Positions 50,570 through 62,114 are shown, numbered from the stretch's first letter. The stretch is DNA of 64,000 bases from Bdellovibrionota bacterium (GCA_044347345.1 JBIKUX010000003.1:32001-96000); one strand, 5' to 3'. A program made the numbers and translations. Notes: generated from the letters alone by a model not told the origin.

Positions 50570-51538
50570 TCAGGTAATAAGTCTTGCTCCAGATGAACTA
50601 ATTGATGAAATTACGGTCGTAACCTCAATATCAGATTTGTTGTATACATCACTAATTGCTCTAGCAATCTCTTCAGGACAAATATTGTGTGGTACAAACG
50701 AAAATAGTGAAGGACCTGAGCCTGATATCGTACAGTTTAGAGCTCCTCTATTTATTGCCTCCTTTCTAGCACTATAAAAAAAAGGTATTAGAGGAGCACG
50801 CACTGGCTCTAGTAGTTCGTCTCTCAACGAACATTGCAGCAGTTTTTTATCATTATTGTGAAGAGCTAGTACGAGCGAAGATACAAGTTCAAGTTGTTTT
50901 ACAACTGTAGCAAGTGGCACAGTCTTAGGGAGTACAGCTCTAGCATCCCGCGTTCTTATTTCAATGTGAGGAGTTATTACTACAACTTTAAGATCAGAAG
51001 GGATCGGCAGATTATATACTTCCGGCTCACCATCTCTTTCTCTAATCAAAACGATTCCACCATATAGTGATGGTGCTACATTATCAGCATGACCACTACC
51101 ACAGGCTATACGCTCTCCTTCAACGGTAGCTAAAAGCAATTCCTTCCTTGTAAAAGGACACCCTAACAGATGATTTACAGCACATGCTCCTGCTACAGCA
51201 CTAGCAGCACTTGAGCCAAGTCCACTTCCAAGTGGCATAGCCTTTTTTAATGAAAGTGAAATCCCATAATCAGGTAATAGATCTCTTTGCCTCAAGAGAG
51301 ACCAGAGATAATTTGCTGCAACACCTGCGGTATTTTCATGAGGCAAAAGGCTCAATTTGCCGCTATCACCGGTAATATCTGAGATAGTTATACCGAAATT
51401 AGTGTCACTCCATGTAGCAATAACTTCATCACCGGGATGATCAAGCGCAAATCCCATGATATCAAAAGCTGGCCCTATGTTTGCAACTGTAGCAGGAGCA
51501 AATACGTGCGCTCGTCTCAAAAACTTTTCTTTATTCAT
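50570..51538 (-). CDS. thrB: Homoserine kinase
   Basis: APATVANIGPAFD, PLGSGLGSSAAS, HADNVAPS, ISGSGPS. Confidence 0.96.
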   Translation of the reverse strand: MNKEKFLRRAHVFAPATVANIGPAFDIMGFALDHPGDEVIATWSDTNFGITISDITGDSGKLSLLPHENTAGVAANYLWSLLRQRDLLPDYGISLSLKKAMPLGSGLGSSAASAVAGACAVNHLLGCPFTRKELLLATVEGERIACGSGHADNVAPSLYGGIVLIRERDGEPEVYNLPIPSDLKVVVITPHIEIRTRDARAVLPKTVPLATVVKQLELVSSLVLALHNNDKKLLQCSLRDELLEPVRAPLIPFFYSARKEAINRGALNCTISGSGPSLFSFVPHNICPEEIARAISDVYNKSDIEVTTVISSISSSGARLIT

Positions 51539-54198
51539 AATGATCTTAGTCCTGAACTGCTCATCTGAGCAATACGTACAATATCGGCAAACACGCCCGC
51601 AGCAGTCACTTCAGCACCAGCTCCAGGTCCTTGAACTACCAGAGGCCTTTCTTGGTATCGGTCTGTTGTAAAGGCTATAATGTTGTCTGAGCCCCGTATG
51701 TGTGAAAATGGATGATCTGGATAAAGAACGGTAAGTTTTGTACTAGCGCCTTTGTCTGGAGAAAAAGATGCCATGTAGCAAAGTCTACCCTCGTTTCGTT
51801 TTGCTTCCATAACAATAGCGTGCATTCGTTCATCAGCACGGTGTAATTCCTCCATGAAATGACTTATAGAATTTGAGCTTCTACATTCGCTAGGTACTAA
51901 ACTTTCAATCTCTACATCGGACAATTCTAGAGAGTATCCTGATTCTCGTGCTAGGATAAGAATTTTGCGGGCTACATCCATACCACCAAGGTCATCACGA
52001 GGATCAGGCTCGGTGTAGCCTTTTCTTTGAGCCTCCCGCACTGCTTTACTAAATTGAACACCTTGCATTAGCTCTGTACATAAATACCCTAATGTTCCGG
52101 AAAGTATTCCCTCAATTCTGAGGATCCGGTCGCCGCTTTTAATTAAATCCTGCAAGGTGCTTATCACAGGTAATCCAGCTCCAACGGACGTTTCAAATAA
52201 AAATGGAACATGACGAGCTTCTGAGATTGTTTTGATAGATTTATATCTAGCTAGTGTTCCTGACTGGGCTCGTTTGTTTGGAGTGACTATCGCAATATGC
52301 TGTGATAGCAGCATACCGTAATAATTTGCAATATCCTCGCTCGATGTACAGTCGACACAGATACTATTTGCTAAGTTTAACCCACTTAGCTTTTTAATGA
52401 ATGATTCAAAGTCTAGAGGTTCACCACGCTCCTCTAGGGTAGAAGCCCATATATTAGGATTTATACCGTCAGAATCAATCAGCATCTCTTTGGATCTCGC
52501 TATTCCAACAAGTTTTATCTCAATTCGCCGTTCATCGAGGAGTGAGCGTAAGTGAGACGATATTTGTCTTAATAGAGTGGTGCCCACTAAACCTGTTCCT
52601 ACTATGGCTACATGAAGAGTACGCGTAGTTCGCTGAACAAAAAATTCATCATGGGCTACTCTAAGGGCTTTTTCCTCATCTACCTTATTTATTACCACTG
52701 ATATACTGAGCTCCGAGGAACCCTGTGCTATTGCGATACTGTTGATACCGTTTCGTCCTAAAGCAGAAAAAAATGTTCCGGCAATCCCAGGCCTACGTCG
52801 CATTCCTGAGCCAACAATTGATATGATTGATAACGATGACTCAATGATAGGACTCTCTATAAGCTGAGCGTTGATTTCCAGATTAAATTCTTGCATTAAG
52901 GCCTCTTTTGCCTTTTCGGTATCCGAAGGAAGAATGGCAAAGCAAATAGTTGTCTCAGATGACCCTTGAGTAATAAGAATTAAATTTATATTTACTCGAG
53001 CTAACGCCTCAAAAACCCTGGCTGCTAAACCAGATACGCCTACAAGACCAGTACCTTGTAAGCGAATCATAGTGACATCGTCTATTGAGGATATTCCGGT
53101 TATTGGAAAATGTACCTCTGAACTAACAGGGAGAAACTTTTCACTGACCTCATCAAAATCACCAAAACTCGAGGAACTTATTAAAGTTCCAGAAGCGTTT
53201 AGATTAAAGATATTTTTAACAATAATGGGGATATTTTTTGTAATCACTGGACGTAAGTTAGGAGCATAGATAGTTTTTGCTCCAAAATGCGAAAACTCGA
53301 GGGCTTCAGCGTAGCTTAATCGCGGAAGCGCAAATACTTTATTTACCTTTTTAGGATCTGCCGTAAGAACACCATCAACGTCAGTCCAAATTTCTAGTAT
53401 TGACGCATCAAGAGCCGCTGCAATCATAGCTGCTGTTAAATCAGAGCCCCCTTGCTCTAGGGTAATTGTTTTTCCATCAGAACCGCTAATACTGGCAATG
53501 TTACCTTGAATAAATGGTATTAATCGATACTTGGTTTCGGATGATGATGGGGAAAACTTCTCCGAAAAATCGCAACTCAACAGAGGTAAAATTTTATCTC
53601 TACAACTTGTTAAGGTAGTTTGCTCATTTATAGTAAGATTACTATCGAAAAAAATAAAGGAGCGTGCATCAAGACTTTGGGCTAATAAATTATTACCAGC
53701 CATCGCGTTTGCCAGTGCTTCATTAAAATAAGCAACCATAATTTCGGTAAAAAGAGCTTCTCCTGAACTTTTAAGTAAATCTAATGACCCGGTGCTAAGC
53801 TCCCCGAGAGAGTTGATTGCAAAAAGTTGCTCTCGAATCGTACGAAATGTTGAATAAATATGGGCAAGCGTGCGCGCTAATCTTATCGGAGAAATAACAC
53901 TCGATGCGAGTTCGATGACTTTTTTCTCTGTTGCTTCAATAGTGGTAAATGCTACCTCGTTTTTAAAACCAACCGCAGCTTTGCCGGCTGAAATGAGGTT
54001 GGCGGTAACCTCAGAAGGTGCTGAGAAAACTACCACAACTGGATTAATCTTCACCTTGGTTAAGATAATATCACCAGTCGCTCGAATAGCTTGTGGAGTG
54101 CTAATTGATGAGTTGCCAAATTTTAGTACTACAATATTGCTAGTTATGGTCGTTTGATGATTATTTTTATCCTTCCCTCTTAGCATATCTCCAGACAC
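51535..54198 (-). CDS. thrA: Bifunctional aspartokinase/homoserine dehydrogenase, with degenerate aspartokinase motifs
   Basis: IWTDVDGVLTADP, ACT domains (ITQGSSE, IAQGSSE), HSD motifs VGTGLVG, TPNK, GYTEPDPRDDLGGMDVARK, GPGAG. Confidence 0.93.
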   Translation of the reverse strand: MSGDMLRGKDKNNHQTTITSNIVVLKFGNSSISTPQAIRATGDIILTKVKINPVVVVFSAPSEVTANLISAGKAAVGFKNEVAFTTIEATEKKVIELASSVISPIRLARTLAHIYSTFRTIREQLFAINSLGELSTGSLDLLKSSGEALFTEIMVAYFNEALANAMAGNNLLAQSLDARSFIFFDSNLTINEQTTLTSCRDKILPLLSCDFSEKFSPSSSETKYRLIPFIQGNIASISGSDGKTITLEQGGSDLTAAMIAAALDASILEIWTDVDGVLTADPKKVNKVFALPRLSYAEALEFSHFGAKTIYAPNLRPVITKNIPIIVKNIFNLNASGTLISSSSFGDFDEVSEKFLPVSSEVHFPITGISSIDDVTMIRLQGTGLVGVSGLAARVFEALARVNINLILITQGSSETTICFAILPSDTEKAKEALMQEFNLEINAQLIESPIIESSLSIISIVGSGMRRRPGIAGTFFSALGRNGINSIAIAQGSSELSISVVINKVDEEKALRVAHDEFFVQRTTRTLHVAIVGTGLVGTTLLRQISSHLRSLLDERRIEIKLVGIARSKEMLIDSDGINPNIWASTLEERGEPLDFESFIKKLSGLNLANSICVDCTSSEDIANYYGMLLSQHIAIVTPNKRAQSGTLARYKSIKTISEARHVPFLFETSVGAGLPVISTLQDLIKSGDRILRIEGILSGTLGYLCTELMQGVQFSKAVREAQRKGYTEPDPRDDLGGMDVARKILILARESGYSLELSDVEIESLVPSECRSSNSISHFMEELHRADERMHAIVMEAKRNEGRLCYMASFSPDKGASTKLTVLYPDHPFSHIRGSDNIIAFTTDRYQERPLVVQGPGAGAEVTAAGVFADIVRIAQMSSSGLRSL

Positions 54199-54220
54199 CT
54201 TCTATATTGGTCAAGCTCTA

Positions 54221-56017
54221 TTACATTCGTTCTACCAAGGGGACTCCAAGTATTTCCAGGCCACGACAAAGAATGCGATGAGTAGCTGAAAAAAGAGCAA
54301 GATGTGCTTTCGCCTTGGCGGGTATCTCTCCTATTACCCGCAATTTAAGATAGGCTTTTGAGAATAGCTTTGCTAAGTCTAGAAGATACTGCGCTAATCC
54401 AACCAATTCGTAATTTGTAATGACTTTCTCTATGGTTTCATCGAATCCAGTGAGATGAAGAAGTAACTCATATCCTTCAGATGACTCTATTAGTTGAGAA
54501 AAATCAGTAGGAGAATCATTTTCCCAAGATATACCTTCGGCCTGAGCATTATCCTTTATACTATTTAGCCGACTCAAGGCATATTGCAGGTAAGGACCTG
54601 AATCTCCCTTGAAATTAAGGGCTTCCTCCCAACGAAAATGAAAATCCTTGGTATTTGAATGGCTCAAAAAATAAAAATACGTAGCACCAATTGCTACTTT
54701 TTCAGCAATATCCTCCTCTTTTAGCCCTTCAGGTCGTTTATTTACTTCGGTACGATAAACCTCAAGAGCTCGGGTAGATGCTTCATCAAGAAATCCTCCT
54801 AATGAAATAGCTCCGCCAGACCTCGAACTCATGCCAGGCACCATACCGAAAGGTATATGTACAATTTCGTCGGCAGATGGATGATCCATTTTTTTTAGAA
54901 CGCCTTTAAGTTGGGCGAAGTGAAGCGATTGCTGGGAAGCAACAACATACAGTATTTGCTTGGGCTTGAATGTATTGTGACGGTAAATTGCAGCAGCTAT
55001 ATCACGAGTAATATACAGGGAACGTCCATCTTCAGCGAAGATTCTAACGAATCCAAGTTGCTCTCCAAGGTCAACTCCTAAAGCTCCATCTGACTCTTGA
55101 AGTATGCCACTTTTGCGAATCAGCTCCTCTACTTCTCCAAGCATCGATCGATAGAAAGATTCTCCCGTAAAATAGTCGAAATTGACCCCGAGTCGGGCAT
55201 ACATTTTTTTAAAGTACTCTATGGAAATTTTGAGGCATGTCTCCCAAAATACCACAGCTGAATGTTCTCCTTCTTCTAGTTTGAGAAAAAAGCTTCTTGC
55301 CATCTCATTTACTGTTGGGCCTGAAAGAGGTAATTCGGCACCCTCATCTTGAGATTTACGCAGATTGTTGGCTCTAACGTACAAGGAAACTAAATCGTCA
55401 ACAGTTGTAGTAGGAGCTAACTTGAAATCTTCACTATTTGTATTCAGCCCAGAACTTGTCAATTTTTGCCCAAACAGAACGGAGCCCGCCCACACAAAAC
55501 CAAATTGTGTCCCCCAATCTCCTAAATGATTAATCGTGATAACATTATATCCAGCGTGCTTAAGCGCTCTTTCAAGCGCTGAGCCAATTAGGGTTGTGCG
55601 AAGATGCCCAACATGAAATACCTTTGCGATGTTTGGGGATGAGTACTCAAGAATTACCGTACTTTTGTTACTAGTCCACGGTAAGCCTCCTTCTACTAAA
55701 AGACGTTCAAGTAGCGTCGGAATTAATGCACTTCTATTACAAAAGAAATTTACATAAGGACCTGTGGCTTGAGCTGTGCTTATGAACTGAGCAATAGCTT
55801 GCTTTGAATCTGAAAAAAAGGAAGCAATGGACTCAGATATTTGATTAGCTGGTTGCCCCTTTATTTTTGAAAAAGGAAAACACGGTAAAGCAAACTCTCC
55901 TCTTTTTTCTTTGCCTTTAGATATGACTAGGTGAGTTTCAACTTCTGCTGTTGAAACGTTGAGAAAGTCAGCAATGTATGATGCTAACTGAGTTTTATAT
56001 TGATTGAGCCAAGACAT
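54221..56017 (-). CDS. argS: Arginyl-tRNA synthetase
   Basis: EYSSPNIAKVFHVGHLRTT, NHLGDWGTQFG, MSSRSG, GDSGPYLQYA, C-terminal ERM. Confidence 0.97.
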   Translation of the reverse strand: MSWLNQYKTQLASYIADFLNVSTAEVETHLVISKGKEKRGEFALPCFPFSKIKGQPANQISESIASFFSDSKQAIAQFISTAQATGPYVNFFCNRSALIPTLLERLLVEGGLPWTSNKSTVILEYSSPNIAKVFHVGHLRTTLIGSALERALKHAGYNVITINHLGDWGTQFGFVWAGSVLFGQKLTSSGLNTNSEDFKLAPTTTVDDLVSLYVRANNLRKSQDEGAELPLSGPTVNEMARSFFLKLEEGEHSAVVFWETCLKISIEYFKKMYARLGVNFDYFTGESFYRSMLGEVEELIRKSGILQESDGALGVDLGEQLGFVRIFAEDGRSLYITRDIAAAIYRHNTFKPKQILYVVASQQSLHFAQLKGVLKKMDHPSADEIVHIPFGMVPGMSSRSGGAISLGGFLDEASTRALEVYRTEVNKRPEGLKEEDIAEKVAIGATYFYFLSHSNTKDFHFRWEEALNFKGDSGPYLQYALSRLNSIKDNAQAEGISWENDSPTDFSQLIESSEGYELLLHLTGFDETIEKVITNYELVGLAQYLLDLAKLFSKAYLKLRVIGEIPAKAKAHLALFSATHRILCRGLEILGVPLVERM

Positions 56018-56487
56018 GAAAAAACATTAACTTTTTATAGTACCGTTTATTTAAGGAAAATTACTTTTTATAGTTTGCCTAAAGGTTTTTCTGATAAAGA
56101 TACCGAGTTACCCTTAAAAAATACAAGACTTACGCAGTAATTAGTTGTACAAAACTAAGGTGTGTAGCCTAATGTTATGTAGACTATTTGGTTGCGTAAT
56201 ATTCAGCCCAAAATTATGAACCGGACGTAAAAATTCTACAGATACTCCCTTTTTTGGGCTCTTTTAGTAGAGTAATTTTAACTATCCTACATTTAAATAC
56301 AATTTTTTGCCTAGATTTTAAGATCGTCAGTAAAATAGTTAGTGCATTTTAAAGAAGTTTTGTGAATGTTGGTAGCTTCTGGCCGATGCAACAGCGACTG
56401 TCACATACTATGAGGCATTAGATGACTTTTTTAGTGTAGTTAGAATTCTATCGATTAATCTTCAGATATTACTTCTAGCGTCTACTC

Positions 56488-56685
56488 TCAAGAAAGTTGG
56501 CATTGTAGAGCTGAAATAAAGATTTGCGTAGCGGAAATGCACCTAACGTTAAAGTCTCGCCTCAACTGCTTTTCGCGTAGCTTTGCGCCAGGTAGGTAAA
56601 CCACAGCAACAACACCATGAAGAATCTGCTGGTAAAGGGAGGTCTGTTCACTATTCTCTGGAGTGTCTAATGACTCTCTAGTCAT
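56488..56685 (-). pseudogene. Probable GntR-type HTH N-terminal fragment
   Basis: LYQQILHGVV..VYLPGAKLREKQLRRDFNV, then diverges. Confidence 0.4.
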
Positions 56686-56694
56686 ACTGAGATC

Positions 56695-57105
56695 CTACTT
56701 CCATAACGAAAATTTGGCGGTGATCGGATCTAGGGCTTCTTTTGGGCCAAACATGCAGAGTCCGTAGTAGTTGAGGTCCTCATCTGCTAACGCACCTGTT
56801 CTCTCTATCTGCTCGATATGGCTACCACCAGTCATTGACTCCACGAAATCAACAAAGAGTATCCCTTGATGTTGAGCCGCTAATTTGGCTTACCGCACTT
56901 TATTGCTGTTGTCAGCTCGCAGCACTATCAGGGAGAGGCTAGAGACAGGATGGGGATTGCCATCCTTGTCGTGGTAGTCAACAGATTGCATCTGCTCTCT
57001 TAAATCAGTCGGAGCCTTGTTTACTAGCGCTGCCGTCATATGGCTAGCAGCATTCAGCGCCACACCGGTATCAAGCTTTTTATTAAGTACCACGATAGAC
57101 TTCAT
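56695..57105 (-). pseudogene. DUF2000-family protein with an in-frame TAA
   Basis: KSIVVLNKKLDTGVALNAASH...YHDKDGNPH...NSNKVR*AKL...FVDFVESM...LNYYGLCMFGPKEALDPITAKFSLWK; stop at 56890-92. Confidence 0.7.
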
Positions 57106-57346
57106 CGATTCGTTACCATAACTTCCGTTCTCCTTGTCTGCGAAGCCATATCTACAATGGGCCTCCTTTGCCGCAGAGGCTGTCAAAGTTTTATGTACTA
57201 CCACTTTCTCCAGCCATCTACATACTTGTAGCCAGTACTAACTGGAGCATAAGTGAACTCTCAATTCAAAATGAGGAGAGTGCGACCAAGCCGACGTGAG
57301 CCAGGCAGGGGTGATATCTCTAGCTCATTTCTAAAAAAACCTTACG

Positions 57347-57366
57347 GACTGACTGACTGACTGACT
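57347..57366. repeat. (GACT)5 microsatellite
   Basis: GACTGACTGACTGACTGACT, intergenic. Confidence 0.85.
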
Positions 57367-57547
57367 GGTTTAATCATTGTGTTGAGCTGGATACTGGCAC
57401 TCTCAGAAGGGGGGAGTTTTTCTATCTTGCTGATGCAGGCAGGTAACTCATGTCAATATGCGATTGAAATATTTGATCATTTGACCTAACATAATTGTCC
57501 AGTCGATGCGATATATTCATTAAGCCAACTGAACAAACTTGCAATCT

Positions 57548-58606
57548 ATGGATATAATTCGAGAATCTTATCTTAAGACGCTTGAAAAACGAGTCCGGGA
57601 GGTGCGTCCGTTACTCCAAGTATTGCTTGGTCCCCGTCAGATCGGAAAAACTACTCTGGCATTACAGCTTGCAGAGAGATACGGCTAGGAGAAAGTTTTG
57701 TATGCAACTGCAGACCTGCCTGTTCCCCCAAACAATGCCTGGATAATTCAACAGTGGCAACAAGCTCGGGCAATCCCAGATGGGCTATTGATATTAGATG
57801 AGATTCAAAAGGTCTCTCAATGGAGCCAAGTTATAAAAATGCTCTTTGATGAGGATCGAATTAAGAAGGTATATTTGCCGGTCTTGATATTAGGGTCGGC
57901 TAGCTTGCAGTTACAAGATGGTCTTTCGGAGAGTTTATTGGGTCGTTACGAGATTACCCAGCTACCACACTGGGGTTATGCGGAGTGTCTAGAAGCGTTT
58001 CAGTGGGAACTAAATACCTACCTTCAATTCGGCGGGTACCCTGAGCCAGCACGTATGATCGCCGAGCCAGATCGGTGGCACCGTTTCATGATAGATTCAG
58101 TGATTGAACCGATATTAGGAAAAGACCTACCAACTATTCGACCAGTAACTAAGCCAGCTCTACTAAGACAAACTTTGAACTTAAGCTTGAGTTACCCGGC
58201 GCAAGAGATCTCACTTAGAAAATTTACGGGCGAATTGAGTGATCCGGGTAGTATTACCACCATCAAAGGATATCTTGAGCTTTTAGAGGGCGCTTTTCTA
58301 ATTCGTCTGCTACACAAATATTCTACCCGACCATTCTCAACCAGAACTTCTTCTCCTAAAATCCTACCTCTTTGTCCAGCTCTAATATCATGCATGACCT
58401 CTACTCACCGCGTATTACATGACCACGACTGGCGAGGCCGAGTTTTTGAATCCGTCCTAGGTGCACGCCTACACAATTTATTTCGGGAGAACCTTTGGTA
58501 TTGGCGACTTAAACGGGAATTAACTAGGCTCCTGGTGATTATGTACCCAAAATGTTGGCGTAGAGAAGTAGCGAGTAGCCCCTCCCCTGCCTTCTACCTG
58601 GAGTAG
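57548..58606 (+). pseudogene. AAA_14/DUF4143-type ATPase pseudogene
   Basis: From ATG 57548: LLGPRQIGKTT, in-frame TAG at 57686-88, ILDEIQK, FGGYP, GRVFES; the terminal EVD...EVKS part is missing after WYWR. Confidence 0.8.
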
Positions 58607-59990
58607 AGAGGCTATAGGGTTTATCGTGAGAAAGTCGCCTGTTCGCGCAAGCTGAGCAATGTAGTTGCTTGCATCAATAAGTGGCTTAAAAAGCCGAGGA
58701 ATCAGTAGAAAATTGATTTTTACATAGTTTTTTCGAATTCTCAGCGAAAAAAGAGTTGTGAAAAAAAGAGTTGTGTGCGTCACAAGTCTGAAATTATCCC
58801 CCCCTAAACTAGCTGTACTCTTCTGTCTTCAATTTAGTTTATTGTTTATCTTCTTTGAGGCAATCATGAGCAAGCGAGCATCCCTCTGGGCATTTATTCA
58901 TAGTTGGTACTGTTATATTGATTCCAGCCTTGAGTCTAGCCTGCACCCTAAGCGGGTGTGATCCGGAGGTGAACAAAATTCTGTGAAGAAATTCTGCGGC
59001 GATGTGCCGTAGGGATATGGGCAACTAGAAACATGTCTCTCCCAACATGAGCCTAAGCTATCTCCTAAATGTACCTTCGGCTAAAAAGTCTCTTGACAAG
59101 CAAGCTGATAAAGCAATCTCAGAATGTCAGCCCGACTTAATTAAGTTCCGCAACGATGTTCCCCAGGTAGAGGTTACCCACAAGGTATGCCAGAAGGCAA
59201 AAACAATCCTCTCCCCCGTCGTGTACAAGGAGTTTCGATGGGGTTTGATGATTGGAGAGGTATAGAGAGTAGATTGTTAATACTATCTGGTCGTTACATC
59301 CTGAATTCAACTTGGAACGTGTGTTATTAGCTGCCGGTATACGACGTCGTGCCGGTATACGTGGCATCAGGATATTTACACAGGTACTGGGCAATCTGCA
59401 CATACAGTCTCGTTCTCGTATCCCAGGCATCTTATTGTAAATTTTTAATAGGTTATAACTAAAGGTAGTAAATTCTATTTTTTCCAAAAAGCAAAATTAT
59501 TGCCAAATGCCTTTAAAACTAGGAGTCTTTCATTAGATAAGTTTAGTACTACAGGTTTAAAAAGTGTTGAGTATCTGTTTTAAAAACTCATCATATATTC
59601 ATTATTGTCCAAACTACCTAAGTTATAAGTAGTTAAAGTTATAAGTAGTTAAATTGACGAGAGGTAGTCATTGCTGAGTGGTTTGATAATGTTAAAAACA
59701 ATTACTTTTTTAGTTTTGCTACTAAATTATTACTAGATGTTTCATATAGTTACATTGGTAATTTTAATTCTGCTGAGGCTGAATTTACCGTTCAATACTT
59801 AATACCCAGCCAGTTGTTATTGTTATTTTTATCCAGTATTTAGCAACCCCCTTTTTAGGCGCTCAGCAATAGCACAATTTGGGTATAAAAAATAAAGTTA
59901 GTATATTTCTGAAAAAAAATAGGTTAAGACCTCATAACTTCTGTAAAAGAAGGTTTTAAGTAATTCCTCAAAGTTGACGTTTTTATAACC

Positions 59991-61526
59991 ATGGCCCAAC
60001 CAGATGAACAAGTTGTAGGAACAAATAATCAAGACGCAGAAAGGCTACGTGCTGTAGAGCAAGGTAGTAAATACACACAAAAATTAACAGAACTCCTCGG
60101 CAATACAGAGATTAATTCAAGCAGCGTAGGCGTAGCGCGTAGTAGTAATAATAACGAAAGGGCTCCTTCAGCTAATGAAATTCAAGTCCGAGCGAAAGGA
60201 TCTTTAACTGGTTTAGAGCAGTTAAGTTCAAAACCAACGCAATTTGCAGGAAAAAACAACGCTGTTTCTTTCAGTAGACAATCAGCCAACAAGTTTCAAT
60301 CTCAGTTAGCACAACTGCGTGGTAATCAACAAGCAACAAAAGTGCCCGCCAGAGAAGCTAGTAATGTTCAGGCAGGACTTAATAAGGCCACATCTAGCCA
60401 ATTAATCTCAACTAAGCAGGCGTTAGCTAATTCGCGGTTTCAGCAAGCTCAGTTAGCTAGAAGGATTAACTCAGAGTTAAGAAGACAGCGAGCTAGAGAG
60501 GCTAAAGTTAGAGCTGAGACTGACAACCAGAGACAACAAAACGAGGAAGTAACCAAAAGTGGTCGCCAAAGAGACGGGTTACTGAATAGCAATAATACTA
60601 TTTCACTTGATCCATTTTTTAGGACTGATGGAGTCGACAATATCAAGCAGGTTGAGCAGAACCTCTCTGTAGGGGGTCTAGATGGAGCATCTAGCTCATT
60701 ACAATCAGAATTAAACAGAGCTTCTGCTCAAATTGGTATGAATGGTCTTTCAGCTCTTTACAATGGGTCAAGAGCTTTTATAGACCAAGTGACATCTAAG
60801 ACTCTTACTAACTCTGGTCTAGCTAATTCGTCTGCTGAGGCCAGAGTTTTTACCGGTAACGGTAAAACGGGAGCATTAACAGTTTCTAATCGTGGTAATG
60901 TAGTTCAGCAGCCCACCCAGAAACACGAGCGACAACTGGCCTTATTGTCAGCGACCCAAATTTTTTCACAAGCTGATGAAGCGCGGCAAGAAATTGCTTT
61001 TATGAGTAGTCTTGCTGAGAAGCCTTTAACACAAGAACAAAAAAGTGCTAGAAGTAAACTTGCCAGTCTACAAAGTGCCTCTGATATTGATTTGTGTGCG
61101 ATATTTGCTTTTCGTGATGGCGCAACGCAAAAAACAGCTCGCCGTAAATTTGCAGTTTTTCGTGGATTTTCTCTACTATCACAAATGATAGCTTTCTGGA
61201 TTATTTTAAGAGAAGCGCACGACTACATGCTTGTTGAGCTTGAAAAAATCGGTGGAGTGGGAATCATTCCTCCATCTCTTGATTTAGGTGATTTTTTAAA
61301 AGAATTTGTAGACGTTTATGAACAAGCGCAGCAGATGTGCGTGGGAATGCCCCCCGAGGAAGCTCGAATTATAAGAGAAATAGGTCAATCAATCGACTTT
61401 ACTTCTTTAAAGCAACAAGCTAACTCAATCTTGGAACTTTTTAATGATACCCTTGGAGATTCGCTAGAATTTGATTCTCATGAGCGCCCCCGTTACATAG
61501 AGATTGGAGGCGCAACAGGTCGCTAA
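59991..61526 (+). CDS. Hypothetical protein with a long Q/N/S/A-rich N-terminal region and a helical C-terminal domain
   Basis: 511-codon ORF; no family recognised. Confidence 0.75.
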   Translation: MAQPDEQVVGTNNQDAERLRAVEQGSKYTQKLTELLGNTEINSSSVGVARSSNNNERAPSANEIQVRAKGSLTGLEQLSSKPTQFAGKNNAVSFSRQSANKFQSQLAQLRGNQQATKVPAREASNVQAGLNKATSSQLISTKQALANSRFQQAQLARRINSELRRQRAREAKVRAETDNQRQQNEEVTKSGRQRDGLLNSNNTISLDPFFRTDGVDNIKQVEQNLSVGGLDGASSSLQSELNRASAQIGMNGLSALYNGSRAFIDQVTSKTLTNSGLANSSAEARVFTGNGKTGALTVSNRGNVVQQPTQKHERQLALLSATQIFSQADEARQEIAFMSSLAEKPLTQEQKSARSKLASLQSASDIDLCAIFAFRDGATQKTARRKFAVFRGFSLLSQMIAFWIILREAHDYMLVELEKIGGVGIIPPSLDLGDFLKEFVDVYEQAQQMCVGMPPEEARIIREIGQSIDFTSLKQQANSILELFNDTLGDSLEFDSHERPRYIEIGGATGR

Positions 61527-61589
61527 TTAAGGGGATCGTTAATCTGAGTGTGTACGATTGAGTCCAAGATTTAGGAGTTTTACAAACCT

Positions 61590-62054
61590 GTGGGAATAAT
61601 TCGAAAAAAAAAAGAAGGTAGCTCAACTAGCTCAGATTCAGACTCGCTATTAAAAGAAAAAAAGATAGTTAACGAGCCTGCTAATATACCTTATCAGGAA
61701 ATTTTCAATATTGAGATAAATGGTTGGTGTCACGGTTTATCTCAATATCCAGGAGAGATATCTCAAACACTAGTCTTTAGTGCAGTACAGGCGTTAGGTG
61801 CATCTTTTCGTAGGGCAATACTTGAAAAATCAACAATAGATATACCTGATATTGCCAACAGGCTTTCTAAAGCGTCAAAGTATCTTGTAAGTGAGCAAGA
61901 TATAGTGCTTAGAATTTTGGCCAATTTCCCTCATCCTAGTAGTGTAGACGCTGAGTCTCAACAAATAATGGGGCAGATAATTGATCAAGTTGACCGGAAA
62001 TTTAAGGGTATCAAAAGTCTTTTAGAGTTAAAATGGCAAAAAAATACGGAATGA
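61590..62054 (+). CDS. Hypothetical protein
   Basis: 154-codon ORF with AGGAG RBS before the GTG. Confidence 0.7.
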   Translation: MGIIRKKKEGSSTSSDSDSLLKEKKIVNEPANIPYQEIFNIEINGWCHGLSQYPGEISQTLVFSAVQALGASFRRAILEKSTIDIPDIANRLSKASKYLVSEQDIVLRILANFPHPSSVDAESQQIMGQIIDQVDRKFKGIKSLLELKWQKNTE

Positions 62055-62114
62055 GAACGCTCAACGAGTAGTCTGTGATAATCTTTGAAATTACTTTAGT
62101 TAATCTCACTTTAC

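Noticed and set aside
49299-54157. Plus-strand ORFs within thrABC (e.g. 49299..49778, 53870..54157), and similar short antisense ORFs in the flagellar and EPS operons
   Set aside because: Fully overlap well-supported genes on the opposite strand and carry no motifs
59991-61526. FliK hook-length control protein
   Set aside because: Low complexity fits, but the C-terminal FliK motif (LxPxxLGxV) and beta-rich domain are not evident
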